DNA from: Lama glama
Taxonomy: Eukaryota
Length of the DNA: 64,000 nt
Direction: 5' to 3'
Assembly: GCA_028534125.1 (NCBI GenBank)
Contig: CM052816.1
Coordinates: forward strand, 96,226,001 to 96,290,000
Shown here: one piece after another, positions 12,927-24,090 of the stretch
Layout of the letters: each line of letters begins with the position of its first letter
Position numbering within the stretch: position 1 is the stretch's first letter
Position numbers and translations under genes: made by a program
Notes under the pieces: model-generated
What the model saw: the letters and a program-made list of their open reading frames with translations, nothing else
Told to the model about the DNA's origin: nothing
The model's database searches: none

Positions 12927-13865
12927 GATGGACTGCATTTTAACAGAGCTTCAATAATGGAAGGGAAATCCTATGCATCTTATTATCCTGCCTGGTGAGG
13001 TTCGAACACCCCCTACCTAGCTATGGATGGAATAGCTCCTTGGCCATCTATTTAACAATTATTCCTGCTTTTGACCTCTTTGGAAAAGGAACAGGATGCT
13101 GGCTGAGGTTCAGAAGGCTCTGGAGCTTCCTGGTGTGACAGCAGGTCACACAGTCAGGGCCCATCGTCATCCTGCAGGACCTCTGTGGGGCTGTAGGGTG
13201 TGTTTCCAAGTGTCGTTTAACTCCCCAACTAAAATAGCCTGCAATACATGGTGAGTTAGAGTCACACATATACGACACGCTGGGCACAGATTCTTCCCTT
13301 GTTTTCCCAGTGGGGGAAAAGTGTATTTGAGCATTTCTGGAAAGCTAAAAAGCTCTACGTCAACCTATCATAAAAGTAGTTTGGAGAGATGTTGGAGGCT
13401 CTCTGTGGACGGAGCAAACCATGGGCCAGTCTGCTTGACATAACTCAGTACCTACCACATGAGAAATCTGAGGGAGACTGGTCCGTGGACCAGGCTGTAG
13501 ACACGGGGTGGGGACCCTTGAGCCACCAGCTCTGGTGGGCACCATTGGAAGCGTCATCTCTGAAGTTGGGACGAATGCCTCCTGACAACATTCTTGTCTA
13601 ATAAGCCCTTGGATTGTTGCCTTTTTCCTCCCACTCTCTCTTTCTGTGGCATCCCTAATGTCTCTAATAGCTGCAAGGGAAAGATTCATCTGGACATCTG
13701 TCTTCCCCTCTGGTCTGTTCTCAGAGCCTCCTCATCTTGGTCCTGAGTAAACCTCGCTCACCATGTTGGTTTCCAAAGTGTTGCCCAGAATTCCAAGTCT
13801 AGTTTTGTTTTTTAACTTAGTTTTGTTGTTGTTGCTGCTTTTTGCTTTTCTGCTTATTTTTGTTT

Positions 13866-14000
13866 TAGGGCGAGGTAATTAGGTTTATTTATTTATTTAA
13901 AAAATCATTACTATTATTTTTTAATAGAGATACTGGAGATTGAACCCAAGACCTTTTGCATGCTAAGCAGACATTCTACCATTGAGCTATATCCTCTCCC
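13866..14000 (-). mobile_element. tRNA-derived SINE (Vic-1-like), left unit of tandem pair
   Basis: GGTAATTAGGTTTATTTATTT tail and GGAGATTGAACCCAAGACC...TGAGCTATATCCTCTCCC head on the minus strand. Confidence 0.88.
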
Positions 14001-14001
14001 A

Positions 14002-14122
14002 TTTTTTGGTGGGTAGCAATTAGGTTTATTTACTTACTTATTTAAATGGCCATACTGGGGATTGAACCCAGGACCCTGTGCATGCTAAGCATGTGATCTG
14101 CCCCTGAGCTCTACCCTCCCCC
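14002..14122 (-). mobile_element. tRNA-derived SINE (Vic-1-like), right unit of tandem pair
   Basis: TACTGGGGATTGAACCCAGGACC...CATGCTAAGCATG...TGAGCTCTACCCTCCCC on the minus strand. Confidence 0.88.
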
Positions 14123-14179
14123 ACCACGTCCTATTATTGAATGTTGTTTACTGATTTCTTCAGTGTTGTGTAAAGGTGC

Positions 14180-14385
14180 AAGTGTACAGGCTCTGAGGTC
14201 AGACTGGAATCAGGACATAACTCACTCCCATGGCTAGTTGTGTGAACGTGGACAGATTCCTCAACCTCTGGGCTTCCGCGTCTTCATCTATAAAACAGGA
14301 GGAGTAACACCGCGCCTCCCTCTGTGATTCCCATGAGTTCAGTGAACGTGTGGATGGGAAGCATGTGGCGTGGGGCCTCACACCA
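14180..14385 (+). mobile_element. MIR SINE
   Basis: CAGGCTCTGAGGTCAGACTGG...CTAGTTGTGTGAACGTGGACAGATTCCTCAACCTCTGGGCTTCCGCGTCTTCATCTATAAAA resembles the MIR core. Confidence 0.75.
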
Positions 14386-16722
14386 CAGTATTATTAACAC
14401 TCCAGAGAGATGTGCAACTATAGATCAGCCTTGAGCTGGAAGACATCAGCAGATCTTTACCTTTGCAGCGCCTCGCTTCCTGCTCATGACCTCCGAGATC
14501 CTAGAGATACTCACGATGTGGTTTTCATGCTGTTTGTCCCCAAGCTAGAGCAGACGTGGGTAGTCACAAGGGTGCTTGATAAACCTTGTGGACGCTGCCT
14601 CACCCCTCATCCGCGTGTGTCGGGAGCTTTAGCAGACACACCTGTCCTGCATCTTCTGTCCTGTTTTCCTCATTTTAGATGAGGCGTGTTGTTGTTTGGA
14701 TGATGGTGATGATGGTTTTTTGTTTGTTTTCAGTACAATGATCAAACTAGTCTGGGTATATGAAGCTGGATGCAGGACCTATTCTAAAATGATTCTGCCT
14801 TCTCTTCAGAATTAGACCTGCAGGCGGATATTATCTGTAGAAACAAATGTAGTTTTGTCATTGTTTCATATCATTGCTTTTGGGATCTGCTTCAGTTAAT
14901 AAGTCTCTTTGGGAGACTCACAGTGAACACAGATTCAAAAATCCCCCTAGTTTTGCTTTACATTCCCCAAAACACAGCTCAGAGATGTGTGATCTCCTGT
15001 TTTTTTTTTTTTTTGAGCATCTTTCCAGGATATTAGAACATACTGAATATAGTAAATATTTCTAACTTCCATCTCATACATTTTAATGCAATCCAGGGCT
15101 TTTTTTCCTTAATATCCGTTTCAAGTTAAAGCAAGTGATCAAACACTATGTTTGACAGTTTATAAATTAAAATCAGTTCTTACTTAACTCTCTATTAATG
15201 TACTTCAGTGACTTAAGAACAATGTCATGGACTGCGGAGAAGAGCATGTTACATGCGCAGTGTAGAATATTTGTCACATTTTTAGAGTGTGAAGTTGAGA
15301 TAAATTGAAACATTTTGTGATGACATCAAGTATTGATCGAAATTCCATTGAATTTGGTTGAAAACTGGCAACGGCCTTCCTGGACAGAGTAGTCGTCAGT
15401 GCCACCTCCGCATCAGCCTCTGAATCAGCGTCCGTGTTTCGGGGCTTAGGTGAGCCTGTGGGGGGTCTTACACTTCACATTAATGGGTCATCTTGTACCA
15501 AACATATTTTCAGTTGTCTTGCTGGTAACGTGGCTATGGGCACAACCTGATTGGATCTGGCAAAGCACAAGGCCAAGTGAATTGTCTCCCAGAACTAATC
15601 GTCCCTGAAATGTGTCCTTGTGGATACAGTTGTTGTGCGTGTCTTTCCGTTAATTTTGAACATCAAAGGTTACTGTCCTATTACCCTAATTGCGCCATAA
15701 AATGAGGACACTTGCTCACTGAATGGAAAACTCTTAGCAACAGAGAAAAGAGTAAGAATCAAACGTAGCTATTAGAGTTTTTAAGGGTAAGTATTAGGGC
15801 ACATCTGTGTCTGAAAGGGGATCACCTTTATCATCCATAGACTCAAGTGGGAAATTATGAAGAGAACACTTTCAATGCTGTATATGAAATTCAGTTGAAA
15901 ATCCATAACAAATTCCTGAATTCCTAATGAGCTTGGTGATTAAGTAAAGGTTTGCCACAATTTTGTCATTTCTAAGTCCCTAGTTAATCTAATCATGAGA
16001 CCAGAAACCTTCCAGGCAATGAGTCCTTCTCAATATGCGTCTCTCCTCTAAATGGATTCCCCAGAAACCAAGAAATGAGAAAATAAGAGTTGATCATCAC
16101 ATTTACATGGTTACCATAGTAACAGGCATTGCTAAAGCTAACGCAGAACACTCAGTTTAGAGTTTCAGTTCTTGTTTCAGTCTGCACAAATGAAAAACAT
16201 TTTTAAAGCCCATACTAAAAGCACATAAATGGTGTCAAAGTCGTGCTCACGGATCTAAGTAAAATCAAAGAATTTTGCTGTTTTCTACATAAACAAACAT
16301 GGTACTAGACTCCTATGTTCTGAATCACAGTCACATTTCACGTTTTTAATCTCATTTGCTCCCTCTCTTTCTGAAGGTTTTGAAAGAATATCCAGATCAA
16401 GTGCTATATATGGCTTTAATGTCTATTGCAAACTTTTGCTGCCCGTGTTTGATGGTATTAATGGCGTGGACCTAAGGGCTGCAGTAGGAGCTCAGGATGC
16501 TTCTGTGCAGAATCTCGCTGGTGATGTCCTGTCGCTTAGAACTGGTGTACTGGTTTCCACCCCGTGGCCGGGATCGTGAAGTCACTCTTCAGGCCTCTCG
16601 TTCCTTCTTTGAGAGTCAGGTTTCCTTCGCACAAAGTCTCTTCGGAAGAAACACTGATCAGGCAAGACCCCAAGGAGTAGCAAGTGGGTGTTGAGACTCT
16701 TCTCCTTTCCTGTTGTTTCTAG

Positions 16723-17008
16723 AACCCAACTTTGTGTCATCCTACGACATCGGCAACTTCACCTACTTCTTCTTCCGAGAAAACGCCGTGGAGCATGACT
16801 GTGGGAAGACCGTGTTCTCCCGAGCCGCCCGCGTGTGCAAGAACGACATCGGGGGCCGGTTCCTGCTGGAGGACACGTGGACCACGTTCATGAAGGCCCG
16901 GCTCAACTGCTCGCGCCCCGGGGAGGTCCCTTTCTACTACAACGAACTGCAGGGCACTTTCTTCTTGCCCGAGCTGGATTTGATCTACGGCATCTTTACC
17001 ACCAATGT
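16723..17008 (+). CDS. SEMA5A: Semaphorin-5A internal coding exon, Sema domain (286 bp; about human exon 9)
   Basis: Polypyrimidine tract with TAG acceptor ending at 16722; GTACGT donor at 17009. Translates (E)PNFVSSYDIGNFTYFFFRENAVEHDCGKTVFSRAARVCKNDIGGRFLLEDTWTTFMKARLNCSRPGEVPFYYNELQGTFFLPELDLIYGIFTTN(V), with the semaphorin FFFRE, RVCKND.GG and WTTF.KARLNCS motifs. Confidence 0.97.
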
Positions 17009-17117
17009 GTACGTAACTGGAAATCATTTCTTCCCAGCTCTTCTGCTCCATTCGAATCAATCTACTCTTCTCTGACCTTTGAGGTTTACAGGTTGCTTTA
17101 AAAGTCATCTTTTTGCA

Positions 17118-17233
17118 GGGAGGGTATAGCTCAGTGGTAGAGCGCATGCCTAGCATGCACCAGGTCCTAGGTTCAATCCCCAGTACCTCCATTCAATAAA
17201 TCAATAAACCTAGCTACCTCACCCCCCAAAAAA
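17118..17233 (+). mobile_element. tRNA(Ala)-derived SINE (Vic-1-like), well preserved, with target-site duplication
   Basis: GGGAGGGTATAGCTCAGTGGTAGAGCGCATGCC (A box), GGTTCAATCCC (B box), AT-rich tail. AAAGTCATCT is repeated at 17101-17110 and 17242-17251. Confidence 0.92.
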
Positions 17234-18117
17234 CTTTTTTTAAAGTCATCTCTTTTATTTTGCTGGACTAACATCCAAAACAGATTTTGAGTCTGAATTA
17301 AATGTTACAAAAAGTGATGTGATTTCTAAGACTGGTGTTAGGAAAACTAAGCTAATCAAAAAGTTTTGATCGATCCTTATGTAATGGCCACATCAAATTA
17401 TCCTCTGTGAATTTTTCCTTCCTGATTTGCCAGTGAGTGTGCTCTGGGCATTTTCTGAAATGCTGGAACCTATTAGATGTCTTTTTTTTTTTCCTATACA
17501 CAAGTCATGCATCTTCGCATCATGAAAGCAGCAGCGTTGCCTGGGAAGTCTGATGTTTGAGATAATGTAACTCTCCCCTGAGCCCCTGCTCATCTATGAA
17601 ATACACATTCTCACGTTCCCACAGCTACATTGCAAACCATGGTTCTAGAAGATGCTAACTCAGGCATTTCTAAAATGACGATTCTACTTTTAAAATATTT
17701 TTGGGAAAAATAGTATAGAATTTTGTTTCTTGTGGGGAAAAACTCCTATCTTCCCAGCTGACACTCTCTGGGCTAGGTCAAGTGTATGAAGTTTCCTGAC
17801 TTCAGTTCACTCTGTCTGGCGGAGGGTAGCATGACCCCACAGTTAACTTCCCTTCCTAGCTGATGTGCTGTGCTAAGACTCAACATGATCACACCCCACC
17901 CCCAGGAATCACAGGTGGCCCTGATGCTCGGGGGCCCTGAGCTCCACTTGCTTCACGTTGGCTGTGGGAATGGTGTGGGTGGTGCCGTGTGGGTTCTGCT
18001 TCGCATCACCTTTGAGAGCTCTCATCTGGTGATCTAACGGTTTGGACAAAAGCCAGATATTTGTATCCAAAGTAAAGGATCTGAATCAGGATGGGTTGAA
18101 AGTGCTGATAAAGTGGG

Positions 18118-18233
18118 TGGGATGACCAGCCATCCTGGTTTGTCCCGGAGTGCCCAGGTTTTAGCCCTACAAAGAGCCCTGCATCCCAGGAAACCTCTCA
18201 GTCCTGGGTGAACCAGGACGGTCGGTCACCCTA
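18118..18233. mobile_element. MER81-like hAT MITE
   Basis: Terminal inverted repeats TGGGATGACC...GGTCACCCTA and inner inverted CATCCTGGTTT/AACCAGGACG; about 115 bp. Confidence 0.75.
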
Positions 18234-20495
18234 TGATGTCTCCTCTGCTTCTCAAGTCTTGTTAACTTACTCTTTCGTCTCTCCTGCATCAGAAGCCTGC
18301 CCATGAATTGCATTTCCAAAGAGTCACTTTATCTGCATCTTACTTCCCTGTTACTCTTCCCACTGCTGAGCTTAAGTGTTAATATTCCCCTAATAATAAC
18401 GTTCACTCCATGAGGAGTCTTCTTTCTGATGTGAAGTTAGAAAGAAAAGACTAAATGGATGGCTCCCTGCCCACCCCGACCCCACACGACAATCTTTACT
18501 GTAAACCCGGTTTTCAACCCCAGAGCTTATTTTCTCTCTAGATAAGTTTCTTTAAAAAAAAATCAATTTATTGTTTCTAAAGTTGATTTGCTTTCACAAA
18601 CCTTGTTGAAGAAATAGTGTGGGCTGCACAAGATGAATGTTCAGTGGCTCAGCTGACACCAATTTTACACACAATGGGAGCTTGGCTAGCTTAGCTGTTC
18701 ATTCCCCGGTTGCAGGCTAAGCCAAACAATTTGAAAAGTTATAAAAGTTCTGTGTCTGGGCCATTCTGAGAGGGTGAATGGTCAATTTAGATACTCACAA
18801 AAATAAGTTGCAGACTTTTGCAGACTATTTGTTTAGTGTTGCAAGTGCCCATTGTGCTGGAAATCACCCAACATAGAGCGTCTGTACCAGCAGAAGCAGG
18901 ATTGCTGGAGCTTCCCTCTCTCTCAAATCCTTATTCTCACTAGATCTTGGGAACAACTTTCTGATATATCCATCTCTAAACCCTAAACACCTCCCGCCTC
19001 TGCTCCCCGTTGTGTCTCAGCCTTGCTCTTACCCTCCCAGGAGTGGTTGTGTTCTTGACAAGACTTGCTCCAAATTAAAAGAATGACAGTCCAAGGTCCC
19101 GGTTATGACCTGCCTCTGACTCGACAGCTAAAAATGCCCCGGCTAAGCTTTCTGGTGCTGATGCTCTTAGGTTTGGTTTATCCCTTTGCACTGGGGGATG
19201 GGGATAAAGTTCATTGTTCTAGCTTGTTAGTATGATTAATGCTCCCCCTGAACTGTCACCAAGCCAGGACCAAGGTGTGGTCACCTGGTCCCAGGGAAGA
19301 AGCCCCCCTGTACATCTCGCCAGTCACTCTTGCTCGGACAGAATCGTCTAGCTCTTACTCAAGTCCAGGCACGTGTCCGAAGGCTAATTCTTCCTTATAC
19401 TTTTTGATTTCCTGTGTTTTTCTCTTCTGAGAATAATGTAAAAAAATGGAAAATTCACAGTATGAATAAGTTCATATTTTTCATTTATCACTTTACTCAC
19501 CAGCAGTGGGGGTAACGGGTTCTCCTCGCCAAACCCTCTTCTCTGTGCTCCAGCTTCTAGAAGGAGCACCCGTCCCTGCTCTCAAGGCTCTTACCTTCCC
19601 ATGGGGGTGTTTTTAAATATTGTCCAGACAGAACTGTCACTGAGACAAATTCAAAAGTTTCCCCTTCAGAGCCAGCCCGTCTGGGGTTGAAGTCCAATTC
19701 CCCCATTGAGTGGCTGGGTGACTCGGGGCAGGTGGGTCTGGGACCCACTTTCCTCATCAGTGAATTTCCTTACCTCACGAAGACCGAGTGAACTGGAGTT
19801 TGCAAAAGCCTTTAGAATGGTGTCTACCACCTCCCTGTTCAGTGTTTCTCCGACAGGTATAAGGCAGCCATTTCCATTTTGGAGTTTCTTGACTTTTCCT
19901 TTGATTCAGGAAAAAACAACTGATGAGTAGATATAACATTGGCTTAGAGTATTAACATGAAATTTTGAAACCGTAGCTGAGCTCAAAACGCAGATTTCTT
20001 TAACAAAAAAACATGTATAGCTGTTTCCACGCCTCAGTAATAGGGCAGCAGACGCTGACAGTGCCTCATTCCCAGCCTTCAGTTCTGCGCAGCTGGAATT
20101 CCCGACCACGACTTCAAGTTCTCCTAGGTCAGTGCAGCACCAGATGTTTCTCCCTGACCCTTTGAATTTAAAATGCTTTTTAAATTGAAAAATATGTACA
20201 AAGGGTCTCTGACAGGCATTTCTTGCAAAATACTTTAAGTCAATTATTCTTTTAAAGGATAACGAATAATGGCAACTGTCTTGGGCTTAAAAAAATTGGA
20301 GGTAGCAGCCTCGTTCCCCACTGCCCACTGCAGTAACCGGGCAAGTGCGTGGGAAAGGAGCTGCGCTAGACTCGTGATGAGAGCCCCTCTGCTGGAGGAG
20401 AACGTTTTTTTCCCTCCAGGAATTTTAAAGGCATGACATAGAGCTCTTCAAAATCCTTTGTCACTTCTGACATGGCTGGGTGAATTAATCCCATC

Positions 20496-20995
20496 NNNNN
20501 NNNNNNNNNNNNNNNNNNNNNNNNNNNNNNNNNNNNNNNNNNNNNNNNNNNNNNNNNNNNNNNNNNNNNNNNNNNNNNNNNNNNNNNNNNNNNNNNNNNN
20601 NNNNNNNNNNNNNNNNNNNNNNNNNNNNNNNNNNNNNNNNNNNNNNNNNNNNNNNNNNNNNNNNNNNNNNNNNNNNNNNNNNNNNNNNNNNNNNNNNNNN
20701 NNNNNNNNNNNNNNNNNNNNNNNNNNNNNNNNNNNNNNNNNNNNNNNNNNNNNNNNNNNNNNNNNNNNNNNNNNNNNNNNNNNNNNNNNNNNNNNNNNNN
20801 NNNNNNNNNNNNNNNNNNNNNNNNNNNNNNNNNNNNNNNNNNNNNNNNNNNNNNNNNNNNNNNNNNNNNNNNNNNNNNNNNNNNNNNNNNNNNNNNNNNN
20901 NNNNNNNNNNNNNNNNNNNNNNNNNNNNNNNNNNNNNNNNNNNNNNNNNNNNNNNNNNNNNNNNNNNNNNNNNNNNNNNNNNNNNNNNNNNNNNN
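20496..20995. other. Assembly gap (500 N placeholder)
   Basis: Run of exactly 500 N. The round size suggests the true length is unknown. Confidence 0.99.
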
Positions 20996-21228
20996 TGAGA
21001 TTTGCAGATACTAATATATGTAATGTAGATAAACAAGTTCATGCTGTATAGCACAGGGAACTATATTCAATATCTTGTAGTAACTTATGGTGAAAAAGAA
21101 CATGAAAACGAATACATGTATGTTCAGGTATGACTGAAGCATGATGCTGTACAACAGAAATTGACACAACATTGTAAACTGACTATACTTCAATAAATAT
21201 ATATATATATACAAAAAAAAAAAAAAAG
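20996..21228 (+). mobile_element. LINE-1 3' end (young, camelid-type), truncated by the gap
   Basis: CTGTATAGCACAGGGAACTATATTCAATATCTTGTAGTAAC...CATTGTAAACTGACTATACTTCAATAAA, then (TA)n and poly-A. Confidence 0.9.
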
Positions 21229-23999
21229 AATCAAGGCAGCCCAAACCTAGCCAACCCCTAAAGTCAAGACTATCTGAAATTATCATTACGTACGAAGTTA
21301 CTCTTGTAGACCAAAGAAGAATGAATGTGAAGGAGAGAAGTTCCTTCTCCTGCTGTGCATTGGCTGATAGCGCTGAATAAATAGGTTGCTGAAAAGCAGA
21401 GAGCCATCCTTCCATCTGTCCATCCAGCCTTCCTCCTCAGCATCCAGCCCCATTGTCATTATGTTAACTAAACCCAAATAGGAAAGAGAGAAGAAAAAAG
21501 ATCTGAGCTGTTTCACCCTTTGAGAGCATTCAATGCAAGTTAATTAACTTTCTGGCCACGTGAATAATTATCATTTTTTGGATTTCTGAAGGCGACAAAA
21601 GCTTAACTCTGTTTGAATTTTTTAAAGCATTTTGAGATTAAAACAATGTTAAGAGGGCAGTTCTTGTGATCTGTTTTTAGTCTAATCTTGCACTCCAACT
21701 GAGTATAATGAAGCTGATTAAATATGTAATTTTTTTTATTTGAGGGATTAAACTTGAGTGGAGAAAGAGGAAAAGAAAATTTGCTCAAGAAAGAAGATTT
21801 CTTTAACTAGAAAATATGTGTTAAGCATTGTTGCCATGTGAGGTTAAAATATTGAGAATCAGCTACAATTAGTAAAAGTTCTTGGCAGTGATCCTCCGTT
21901 AAGACCAGTCGTTGTTGACTGTCACACCCCCAAGAGCAGGTATGAGGGTTTAGAGCCCTCAATTTTCATGTAGTTGTGTTAATCATAAAAATTTCAATAA
22001 TTGCCTAAATACTCAAAAACTCACACATTTATGAAATTTTGAAATAATTAAAAAAAATTCTCACCGGTAGTATTGAAAGTGATCTCAAAGCTTCATTATC
22101 AGGCAGGCATTTCATGTAGATCTTCACTGATATAATCACTTAAGTTTTAAAATCTGAGCTTGACCGACCGTAGCAAAAGAACACTGATTGCAAGTGAAAG
22201 GTAAACGCAAGCACAGAGGACTTGACTTGTCCTCGGTAAAAGGGGTCTTTAACAGGCAATCTTCACAGTGAGCTAATGCTCTTTGGGTTGAACTAGAACG
22301 TTTCCTTTCAATTAGAAATTGTATTGATTACACAGTGTTGGCTTTTTAAAAATATTTGTGGGCTGCGTTAGTTTCTCTCTGCGTGGACCAGATAATAGCC
22401 AGTTGTCCTGGTATTTATTGAACTGCTGACCTGTGAATGATTCCCCTGCAGCTTGGCTTCAAGACCCTCTAACTTTCAAAGCTAGGGTCCCTTAACCTGC
22501 ACCTTTGGACCCTCAGATTCTGAGGCCTTCCTGCCTTGAACACCGAGTGTTCCAGGAACATGAGGGCTTGGGCCCAGGGCCAGCTCATCTTGCCCTGGCT
22601 GGGCACTGATCTCTCACTCACTTTTAGTGCCTCGGCCTCTGACATCTTCTCTTGTGGCCTGCGATTCTCCCATGTCTGAGTTTTGCCCCGTCCTGTCTGA
22701 CACATCCAGAGGGCCTGGTTGGGGAAGGCTTGGGAGGATGTTCCAGGGAGAAGTGCAGACTATGGCAAACCTGCAGGTATAGAAAAACACGGGGTGTTCT
22801 GAAAGGCGAGAATTTACATCAGCTGGAGTTGTGGGTAGAGAGACAGGAGGTGAAGCTAAAACGTAAGACGTGGCAGATTGAAAATTTTATCCTAACAAAT
22901 GAAAAAGGATTTCAGATGCATGAACAGATTTGAGCCAAAGGAGAGACAGCTCAGTCTGGGATACAGTTACATGTGGAGCTCTGACAGTCAGTTGGAAATC
23001 CTTCCTTAAAGCTAAAGAGAAAGGTTTGAGTCAGTAATGGGAGACCTCGGATTGGCTTTGAAGCGATAGGAATGGATAAGATCATACTTGAAAAAAAAAA
23101 TGTGAAAAGTCAAGCTATCAAATAGCCTGGAATCTCAGCCACGAGTTCATAATTAGTGTAATGTAGCAATTCAGAAAAAAATGACCAAATAATTGTCTTG
23201 TTCCATTGACTAGATCGAGCTCTCCTTTTTCTTTTAAATTATTGTTGCAAAAACACAGAAGTGCTTAGGGTGGATTTTCCTCCGTCGTCTCAGTCCACCC
23301 CTAATGGAATCAGACACAGGATAAATTTCACCACTGGGGGCAAGAGGTGATTTAGACTCTGTGTTCCTGCCTGGTGGCTACCAGAGAATGGCTGCCAACT
23401 TTGCCAACTGGGTGATTGCTTTGTAATTTAGATGCAATAAATTCAAGGCAAGTAATTTCCTTCTAGAAACTTGAATTGCCTCCTTAGCAGGAGGATGAGC
23501 ATTAGAATTAAGCTGTGGGGCTAGCTGTGAGCTTTAGGAAAGATCCCCAGAGGATGCTACTAATTGCACTCTTGTTTTGAATGTAATATGGTTTCTTTCA
23601 CAGGAAACTCCAGTAGTAAATTTCCTGTAAGCACCACCTTGTGATTCAGAGCTCTTAGAGGAGTGCTTTGTTTTTCAGTCAGGCAGTAGTGGTGGTTGTA
23701 ATAGAGCCGTCATCTCCCCCTCTGCTTTATTTGTGGCCAGTACTGACAGAGGCAGGGGGCTTGCTCATTTTACACAGAACTTGAGTAGGGCTTCTAATGT
23801 ATACACTAAAAGTAGTGATAAAATTAAAATATCGAATTCTTACATAATGTCCTGTGCCTGCCAGGCACCGTCCAAGCCTCCTGTGTAGCTAAGCTCACTG
23901 CATGGTTCTGGCCTGTGAGCTGGGCCCCGGAGTGAAGGAGACCCAGAGATGAGTGTGATCCGGAGACAGGAGTCTAACACACCGGTCCACACACAGAAC

Positions 24000-24090
24000 C
24001 ATGCATGTGCTCTACTTGAGCACCTACTGTGTGCCAGGCACTGTTCTAGATGCCAGTGAGATCCCAGTGAATAAGACAGGCTGTGCCCCC
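24000..24090 (-). mobile_element. L2 3' end fragment
   Basis: TTGAGCACCTACTGTGTGCCAGGCACTGTTCTAGATGC...AGTGAATAAGACAG is the classic L2 terminal motif. Confidence 0.75.

Noticed and set aside
17118..17190. Possible tRNA-Ala gene
   Set aside because: It has A and B boxes but continues into a SINE tail, is flanked by a TSD and has diverged paralogues in the window, so it is a SINE.
16737..17192. 151-aa minus-strand ORF
   Set aside because: Antisense shadow of a GC3-rich exon, starting inside a SINE.
20458..21054. 197-aa and 189-aa ORFs in the track
   Set aside because: Artefacts of translating across the N gap.
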